Source: a bacterium
GTDB lineage: Bacteria > RBG-13-61-14 > DATKZS01
DNA: 22,435 nucleotides
Direction of reading: 5' to 3'
Assembly (NCBI GenBank): GCA_046484135.1
Contig: JAWOBU010000051.1
Span: forward strand, 1-22,435
A program made the position numbers and the translations under genes. Below the pieces are notes generated by a model. It made no database searches. It was not told where the DNA came from and saw only the letters and a program-made list of their open reading frames with translations. Shown here piece by piece: positions 16,783 to 22,435 of this stretch. Each line of letters starts with the position of its first letter. Position 1 is the stretch's first letter.

Positions 16783-19377
16783 TTACCTCTTCCGCGAAGG
16801 ACGGGCTTTACGCACCCGCTCTCCCTTGCCCGGATAACGCACCGGCCGGGCCTGCCGAAGCCAAGCCTCGGTGCGGACAATGTCCAGATCGCGCACAGAC
16901 TCCATGGAAAGACCGAAGACCTCCTGCAACACCTCAGGGGGCTTGACACCCGGCCCCTCCACCTGGCGGATGCCCATCCGTAGCTCACTGCCGCTTACAA
17001 CATCCAGGTACTTGACCCGCGAGCGCAGATCAATCTCCCGGTCGCCTTTCTCCCGCTTCTGGTGCATGATGTGACTATCGCTCCGGATAAATCTTTCCGC
17101 GTCTTCCGGCTCGAAAACCTCTTCGCCGTCGGCGCTCACCCGGTAATCAAATCCGGTAATAGCGTTGGTTATGGAGCTCGATTTCCGCGGTATCTCCCGG
17201 ACCTCGAGAACGCGGATACCGGGAAAGGTCCCCTTTGAAAGCCTCTCGCCGAGCTCGGTCTCATCCATCTTGGACAAAAGCTCGAGGTCTATGTACTCGG
17301 CCTCGCTCGCAACTCCAACCGGCGGAGGCGGGCTGAACTGGATACGCGGAAGCGGGTGGTATCCTTGACTGTAGCGGACCGGCAGACCCGCACGCCGGAC
17401 CAGGCGGTTCCACATCCGGATGATCTCCAACTGCCCCACGTAGCGCATGTCACCCTGGCGCGCATACCTTACCCGGTAAGTGAAGTAGATGTCCGGCTGC
17501 TCCGGGACATGCTTTTCCTTTGGAACCTGCGTTTCTTCCGGCCGGGCCGGCTCCGCCACTACCGGCTTTATGGTCTCGTGGTCGCACACCCCGCAGGGCT
17601 CCACGCATCCTTCTTCCCTGCAGTCGGGGGTGGTCTTTTCCTGGTAAGCCCGCTCCCGCTCTTCCCAAAGCCAGCTCTTGTCCACCCCGCTGTCCAGGTG
17701 CTCCCATGGAAACACCTCGGCTTTGTCTCTCTCCCGCGTCGTGTAAAAGTCCACCTTCAGCCCGGCATCCTGAAAAGCTCTCTCCCAGGCCTCCCGGTCG
17801 AAGTACTCGCTCCAGCCGTCAAACCGCTGGCCCGACTTATAGGCGTTGTAAACGGCCCGGGACATCCTGCGGTCGCCGCGACTCAGCGCTCCTTCCATCT
17901 CGCTCACCAGCGGGTCCTGCCACTTCAAGCTCTTGCCTTTGCCGGAGAAACCTTTTTTAATTCTGTCTATCGAGTCGGCCAGGCGTTGCGGCGAAGCCTG
18001 GGCTTCCCATTGAAACGGGGTGTGCGGCTTGGGTACGAACCCGCTTACGCTCAAGGTCACGCGCGGTTTGCCCTGCGAACCACGAATCCCGCCTATCTTC
18101 CTGCCGAGCCGCACAATGGCCTCAAGGTCCTCGTCCTCTTCGGTGGGCAGCCCGATCATGAAGTAGAGCTTCAAGTTGCGCCAGCCGTGCTCGAATAGCC
18201 GGGTAGCGGTCTGAAGGAGCTCGTCTTCGGTATATGCCTTGTTGATAACGCGGCGGAGCCTTTCCGTGCCGGCTTCCGGCGCGATGGTAAACCCTGTCTT
18301 GCGGACCTTCTCTATGGACCGGAGCACCTGGTCGGTCAAGCCCTGCACCCGCAGGCTGGGAAGGCTTATGGACACCCGGTCGCCGTAATGCTCGCGGATG
18401 AGCCTGGACACCACCGGCACCACGTTCGAGTAGTCCCCCACTGAGAGCGACAGAAGCGAGCACTCCTCGTAGCCGGTCTCCGCCAGGCAATGGCGGGCCG
18501 CCTCCAGAACGCGCTCAGCGGACCGCTCCCGGTAGGGACGGTAAATCATGCCCGCGTGGCAGAAGCGGCACCCCCGACTGCATCCGCGCGCAACCTCGAC
18601 CATCGCCCGGTCGTGAACCGGCTGTAAAACCGGAACCAGCGGCCGGTCGGGAAGATAGGCGTTCTCGAGGTCAGCCACGATCCGGCGCCTTACCTTCTCA
18701 TGTCCCTTTCGAAGCGGCCGGACCTCTTTGACCTTGCCGTCCGACTCATAGGAGGGCTCGAAGAACCCGGGCACGTACACCCCTTCGATGGCCGCGAGCT
18801 CCTCCAACAGCGACTCCCTCGTTTTACCTTCCTCCCGGCTGGAGCGATAGGCGTTGCATATCTCCGGCACCGCTTCTTCCCCCTCGCCGAACAGGAAGGC
18901 GTCGAAAAAGGGCGCCACCGGCTCCGGGTTCGAAACGCACGGCCCGCCGCCCAGGATGAGAGGCCAATCCCCCTCTTTCCGCTCGGACGCGAAAAGCGGG
19001 ATGTCGGCGAGGTCCAGCATGTAGAGCACGTTGGTGTAACACAGCTCGTATGTCAGGGAGAAGCCGATGATATCGAACTCCCGTAACGGCTTGTGGTTTT
19101 CATGGGAGCAAAGGGGGAGATTCTCTTTTCGGAGTTCCTCTTCCATGTCCGGCCAGGGCGCATAGGCCCGGTCACAGGCCACCTCCGGCCGGTCGTTCAA
19201 AAGCCCGTAGAGAACCGACACCCCGAGGTGACTCATTCCCACTTCGTAAGTGTCCGGAAAAGCGAGCACTATACGAACGGCAGCATCCCGGGGGTCCTTG
19301 TTCCGGGAAAAAAGCTCCAGTGGAAGATACCGGCCCGGCACGCTTACATGGTTTAAAAGCTTTCTAAAAGACACCAT
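16783..19377 (-). CDS. TIGR03960-type B12-binding radical SAM protein fused to a TIGR03936/DUF2344-type radical-SAM-linked domain
   Basis: FPDTYEVGMSHLG, CxxxCxxC (GCSRGCRFC), APEAGTERLR, YFMIGLP, FVPKPHTPFQW and the Cys cluster CREEGCVEPCGVC. C-terminal RRAGLPVRYSQGYHP...GVASEAEY. Adjacent to rng. Confidence 0.9.
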   Translation of the reverse strand: MVSFRKLLNHVSVPGRYLPLELFSRNKDPRDAAVRIVLAFPDTYEVGMSHLGVSVLYGLLNDRPEVACDRAYAPWPDMEEELRKENLPLCSHENHKPLREFDIIGFSLTYELCYTNVLYMLDLADIPLFASERKEGDWPLILGGGPCVSNPEPVAPFFDAFLFGEGEEAVPEICNAYRSSREEGKTRESLLEELAAIEGVYVPGFFEPSYESDGKVKEVRPLRKGHEKVRRRIVADLENAYLPDRPLVPVLQPVHDRAMVEVARGCSRGCRFCHAGMIYRPYRERSAERVLEAARHCLAETGYEECSLLSLSVGDYSNVVPVVSRLIREHYGDRVSISLPSLRVQGLTDQVLRSIEKVRKTGFTIAPEAGTERLRRVINKAYTEDELLQTATRLFEHGWRNLKLYFMIGLPTEEDEDLEAIVRLGRKIGGIRGSQGKPRVTLSVSGFVPKPHTPFQWEAQASPQRLADSIDRIKKGFSGKGKSLKWQDPLVSEMEGALSRGDRRMSRAVYNAYKSGQRFDGWSEYFDREAWERAFQDAGLKVDFYTTRERDKAEVFPWEHLDSGVDKSWLWEERERAYQEKTTPDCREEGCVEPCGVCDHETIKPVVAEPARPEETQVPKEKHVPEQPDIYFTYRVRYARQGDMRYVGQLEIIRMWNRLVRRAGLPVRYSQGYHPLPRIQFSPPPPVGVASEAEYIDLELLSKMDETELGERLSKGTFPGIRVLEVREIPRKSSSITNAITGFDYRVSADGEEVFEPEDAERFIRSDSHIMHQKREKGDREIDLRSRVKYLDVVSGSELRMGIRQVEGPGVKPPEVLQEVFGLSMESVRDLDIVRTEAWLRQARPVRYPGKGERVRKARPSRKR

Positions 19378-19383
19378 TATTTT

Positions 19384-19412
19384 ATTTTAACTAAAGGTCC
19401 GGGCTTTGTCAT
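19384..19412 (-). promoter_or_regulatory. sigma70-type promoter directly upstream of the radical SAM fusion
   Basis: Minus strand reads ATGACA-17 nt-TAAAAT-6 nt-ATG(19377). Confidence 0.6.
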
Positions 19413-19452
19413 CTGCATGGGGATTGCCGGTCTCTGAAAAGCAAATACTGTA

Positions 19453-20316
19453 TCAAGGCACCGGCGGGGTAAGGAGTATGACCCGCGCGTCCTGCGGATC
19501 GCGGAAGGACACGTTTTCGCCTTTCACTTCCTTGTTGAAGCGGAGCTTGGACAGCTCGAGCGTAAGCTCCATTTCATCCTGCGAAAGGACGACGCGGGAG
19601 GGCACCTGTAAAGGGCCGGGACCGTTTACGTGTTTCGAGCATTTCATGGAGCCGAGAAGAATTCCCCCTCGGTAGGACCGGACCCGGCGGAGGGAGAGGC
19701 CCGGCCGGTTATACTCTATCTCGCGCCTGCGCACGTCTCCGTCCCATTCGGTAAGCTGATAGTAGTCATCCCGTTCGGTGAGCTTATAGCGATAATCCTG
19801 GGAAAACCCTTTTCCCATGATCAGGCCGATCTGCTCGATCAGTACCTCGAGCGGCAAAGAGACCTCGCTGAAAGAGGACGACGGGAACTCGTCCATCTTG
19901 TCGCCGGAAGCGAACCTGGTGAAGTTCACGAACACGGTATCGTTAAGAGGCGAGAACACCTGGACGCGCCGTCCCTTCGAGACCAGTTCGAGCACCGGCA
20001 CGCCCGCCATGTTGTAGACCTGGAGCAGAAGGTTTACACCTTCGGTGTCGCCGCGCTCCATCAGGATACTGCCGAAGAACCTGCCCTGGTAGGGGGCGCT
20101 TCCGCCCTTGAGAGTCGCTTTCAACTTGGCGTCCAAATGTTTGAGGGCGGAGCCCTCCTCTTCTGCCTTCTTGACCAGGGACTCGCCGTCCAAGGGCGGA
20201 GGTTCGGCTGCCGTCTCCTCCGGCTCCTTTTTCAAGGGACAGCCGAAAACCAGTCCCGCCAGGAGGACCAGAATTAAAAGGCAAGAAACTTTATTTGCCG
20301 CTTTCTTTCGTTTCAT
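19453..20316 (-). CDS. lipoprotein, possibly LolA/LolB-like fold (DUF4292-like)
   Basis: Basic N-terminus MKRKK, hydrophobic stretch and lipobox VFG-C. Beta-rich body ending in VPSRVVL...LELSKLRFN. ATG 20316 is preferred because GTG 20334 lies inside the predicted promoter spacer. Confidence 0.65.
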   Translation of the reverse strand: MKRKKAANKVSCLLILVLLAGLVFGCPLKKEPEETAAEPPPLDGESLVKKAEEEGSALKHLDAKLKATLKGGSAPYQGRFFGSILMERGDTEGVNLLLQVYNMAGVPVLELVSKGRRVQVFSPLNDTVFVNFTRFASGDKMDEFPSSSFSEVSLPLEVLIEQIGLIMGKGFSQDYRYKLTERDDYYQLTEWDGDVRRREIEYNRPGLSLRRVRSYRGGILLGSMKCSKHVNGPGPLQVPSRVVLSQDEMELTLELSKLRFNKEVKGENVSFRDPQDARVILLTPPVP

Positions 20317-20324
20317 GGTCTTTA

Positions 20325-20353
20325 AAGATACCACCTGTGTTCTTGCCCTGCAA
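20325..20353 (-). promoter_or_regulatory. sigma70-type promoter with extended -10 for the lipoprotein gene
   Basis: Minus strand reads TTGCAG-17 nt-(TG-g)TATCTT-8 nt-ATG(20316). Confidence 0.45.
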
Positions 20354-20429
20354 AAGAGCGATTTCCCGAGTTTTGCAAAATCCTCGCAAATCTTGGTTTC
20401 GATTTTGGGTGGTTTGATTCTTTACCCGC

Positions 20430-20475
20430 TTGACAAGACAAAATTTTATACTAAATTACTAATTAGTAAACTAGT
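20430..20475 (+). promoter_or_regulatory. ars promoter with overlapping palindromic operator (probable ArsR site)
   Basis: TTGACA (20430-20435), 16-nt spacer, TAAATT (20452-20457). Perfect 14-bp palindrome TTACTAATTAGTAA (20456-20469) extends imperfectly to ACTA..TAGT (20450-20475). Confidence 0.7.
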
Positions 20476-20488
20476 CAAGAGGTGCTCG

Positions 20489-20854
20489 ATGAAACGGAAA
20501 GAGAAGAATGAACAAAAGGCATGGACCAAGACAGCTTCCCAGAAAGCGGAGATATTAAAGGCGCTGGCCCACCCTTACCGGATCACCATGTTCGAGTCGC
20601 TTGCGGAAGGCGAGAAAACGGTGGGTGAGCTGGTGGAGCTTTTGGGCCAGAAGGAGGCCAACACCTCCCGGCACCTGGCGGTGATGCGGCAAGCCGGATT
20701 GCTGGCGACCCGCAAGGAGGGGCTTCATGTTTACTACTCGGTCAAGCTTCCCTGCCTGCTGTCCATGCTGGGCTGCCTGGACGAGGGGGTATGCTGTATA
20801 GCTGACGAGCGCACCGAGGTCGCCCGGCTTCTGAGGTCCAAAAAATCAAAATAA
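20489..20854 (+). CDS. arsR: ArsR/SmtB-family transcriptional repressor
   Basis: LKALAHPYRITM...TVGEL...NTSRHLAVMRQAGLL...RKEGLHVYYS winged HTH with C-terminal Cys residues. ATG 20489 with SD GAGGTG. Located upstream of acr3. Confidence 0.88.
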   Translation: MKRKEKNEQKAWTKTASQKAEILKALAHPYRITMFESLAEGEKTVGELVELLGQKEANTSRHLAVMRQAGLLATRKEGLHVYYSVKLPCLLSMLGCLDEGVCCIADERTEVARLLRSKKSK

Positions 20855-20877
20855 TCTCTTGCAGGCGAGGAAAGGTT

Positions 20878-21348
20878 ATGGGTAATAAAGCAATCGAGCT
20901 TCTATGGGTCGTGGCTGTTTCGGCAATACTGGTTGTTCTTACTTACTTCATTCTCGACGAGTCGGGCCTCTTCGGGCCGGCCGTATTGGGCATGGCGGCC
21001 ATTCCGATATTGGTGGCCAGGTTTAACAAGATACCGCTGACTTCGCTAATCCCCGATTCTACTTTCGGATCAATAGACACCGGCCTGTTAACTCTCGGCG
21101 CTGTAATAGGCGCTCTGGGATATGGAGTGCTGGGAGCCATTGTCGGAGGAGTGGTTGCGGACGCGATCACCGACGCCATCGCCGGTTTTTTCGAGGGCGG
21201 CATTGCCGAGTGGCTCCGGTCCAGGGGGATAGAGGAGGCGCGCACTGCGCTCGGCAGCGCCGGCGGCAAGATGGCGGGCTGCCTGGCCGGCAGCGGCCTC
21301 ATGCTTTCCATTCTCCAGGTCTTGGGTCTGGAGATTCAGAATATTTGA
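20878..21348 (+). CDS. small integral membrane protein, TMEM65/VIT1-like motifs
   Basis: About 5 Gly/Ala-rich hydrophobic segments with intramembrane acidic residues (FGSIDT, VADAITD) and GCLAG. SD GAGG/AAGG. Starts 23 nt after arsR. Confidence 0.65.
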   Translation: MGNKAIELLWVVAVSAILVVLTYFILDESGLFGPAVLGMAAIPILVARFNKIPLTSLIPDSTFGSIDTGLLTLGAVIGALGYGVLGAIVGGVVADAITDAIAGFFEGGIAEWLRSRGIEEARTALGSAGGKMAGCLAGSGLMLSILQVLGLEIQNI

Positions 21349-21432
21349 ATGGCATTGGCAGCTACAACCTCACAATAATTACGTGAGGGAAAGCTATCGG
21401 GTTTAAAAGAAGGAGTGCGAATTATTGATTCA

Positions 21433-21464
21433 TACAAACGTAATGTTACAAACGTAACTTTACA
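21433..21464. repeat. 14-bp tandem repeat with nested palindromes upstream of acr3
   Basis: TACAAACGTAATGT-TACAAACGTAACTT-TACA, containing GTTAC-N4-GTAAC (21445-21458). Confidence 0.6.
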
Positions 21465-21536
21465 CAAGAGGCGTTCTTCGCGGCTCACGCCGCTCGCACG
21501 TGTGAACTGATAGTTTGGGAGGTAAAGGAAGTAGAA

Positions 21537-22435
21537 ATGCCTGCGTCATCACAACCGGGGAGACCGACGAGTAAAAAGCTCTCCGTGCTGGATCGGTTCC
21601 TCACTCTCTGGATATTCCTGGCCATGGCCGCGGGAGTGTTGACCGGCTATGCCGCCGGAGTGTTTAGCGACGAGCAGAGTGTGGAGGCCTTCTGGGGCCG
21701 CTTGAGCGTAGGGACCACCAATATCCCCATCGCCATCGGTCTTATCCTCATGATGTATCCACCGCTGGCCAAGGTCCGCTACGAGGAGCTCGGCAAGGTC
21801 TTTCGGAACTACAAAATACTGGGGCTCTCCCTGGTGCAGAACTGGGTGATCGGCCCGGTGCTCATGTTCTTTCTGGCCATTATCTTTTTGCCTTCTTACC
21901 CGGGGTACATGGTGGGCCTTATCATGATCGGCCTGGCCCGCTGTATCGCCATGGTCATAGTCTGGAACGACCTTGCCGAGGGGGACCCGGAGTACGCGGC
22001 CGGGCTGGTGGCCTTCAACTCCGTGTTCCAGGTGCTCTTCTACTCGCTTTACGCCTGGGTTTTCATAACCGTGCTGCCGCCGCTGTTCGGGCTTTCCGGA
22101 AATGTGGTTGACATAACCATGATAAAGATAGCAAAGAGCGTGTTCATCTATCTGGGCATACCGTTTATCGCCGGCATCATAACCCGGTTTACGCTTTTGA
22201 AGCTCAAAAGCAAAGAGTGGTACCACGAAAAGTTCATACCGAAGATAAGCCCGATCACATTGATAGCCCTGCTTTTTACCATTGTGGTCATGTTCTCGCT
22301 GAAAGGCGAGTTCATCGTGAAGATCCCGCTGGACGTGGTCCGTATCGCCATCCCGCTTCTCATTTACTTCGTGGTCATGTTTGTCGTGACCTTCCTTATG
22401 TCCAAGAAGGCGGGAGCGGACTATGCAAAGACCAC
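21537..22435 (+). CDS. acr3: ACR3-family arsenite efflux transporter (3'-truncated by the window edge)
   Basis: Hand-translated open frame from ATG 21537: [18 protein letters not shown]...[17 protein letters not shown]...QNWVIGP...[16 protein letters not shown]...LVAFNSVFQ. Conserved Cys present. Absent from the ORF track because the stop codon lies outside the window. Confidence 0.95.
   Translation, partial: MPASSQPGRPTSKKLSVLDRFLTLWIFLAMAAGVLTGYAAGVFSDEQSVEAFWGRLSVGTTNIPIAIGLILMMYPPLAKVRYEELGKVFRNYKILGLSLVQNWVIGPVLMFFLAIIFLPSYPGYMVGLIMIGLARCIAMVIVWNDLAEGDPEYAAGLVAFNSVFQVLFYSLYAWVFITVLPPLFGLSGNVVDITMIKIAKSVFIYLGIPFIAGIITRFTLLKLKSKEWYHEKFIPKISPITLIALLFTIVVMFSLKGEFIVKIPLDVVRIAIPLLIYFVVMFVVTFLMSKKAGADYAKT

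Noticed and set aside
15294..16946. 550-aa plus-strand ORF
   Set aside because: Antisense shadow of rng, expected from GC-rich codon bias; no recognisable motifs.
16779..16988. 70-aa N-terminal extension of RNase G given by the ORF track
   Set aside because: Overlaps the radical SAM 3' end in another frame; family similarity begins at MPSEILINV (16778).
20108..20488. N-terminal extension making ArsR 248 aa
   Set aside because: Overlaps the lipoprotein gene and the promoter/operator; ATG 20489 has an SD and gives a normal 121-aa ArsR.
21480..21493. GCGGC-TCAC-GCCGC hairpin (REP-like?) and the 9-codon ORF MALAATTSQ at 21349
   Set aside because: Single copy with only a 5-bp stem; the tiny ORF has no supporting features.
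21549..22226. 225-aa minus-strand ORF
   Set aside because: Antisense to acr3, which is the real gene on the plus strand.
1..22435. CRISPR arrays, tRNA/rRNA, IS elements, integrases, defence systems
   Set aside because: No regularly spaced repeats, RNA gene signatures, or transposase/integrase motifs were seen; the window is almost entirely protein-coding.

Overview
GC-rich bacterial chromosomal segment; the gene content suggests a deltaproteobacterial lineage (Desulfobacterota/Myxococcota-like), which is inference only. In order it holds: a gene start running off the left edge, a B12-binding radical SAM protein, a secreted mutarotase-fold-like protein and uvrB (all minus strand); an isovaleryl-CoA-type acyl-CoA dehydrogenase and a thiolase; and a tightly coupled three-gene operon (membrane-anchored penicillin-acylase-family protein that appears to lack its catalytic residues, MinD/FlhG-like ATPase, HPD-less J-domain/acidic linker/RodZ-type HTH protein). 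Converging on that operon are a 949-aa stand-alone MshEN protein with a very long acidic repeat-bearing disordered region, RNase G/E, a TIGR03960/TIGR03936-type radical SAM fusion and a lipoprotein. The window ends with an arsenic locus: ArsR, a small TMEM65/VIT-like membrane protein, and acr3 truncated by the window edge (missing from the ORF track). No mobile elements, CRISPR arrays, tRNA or rRNA were recognised. The best leads are the pseudo-acylase/MinD/J-HTH operon facing the MshEN scaffold-like protein, the TMEM65-like gene inside the ars locus, and three apparently leaderless genes. All family assignments come from motif recognition by eye, not database searches.
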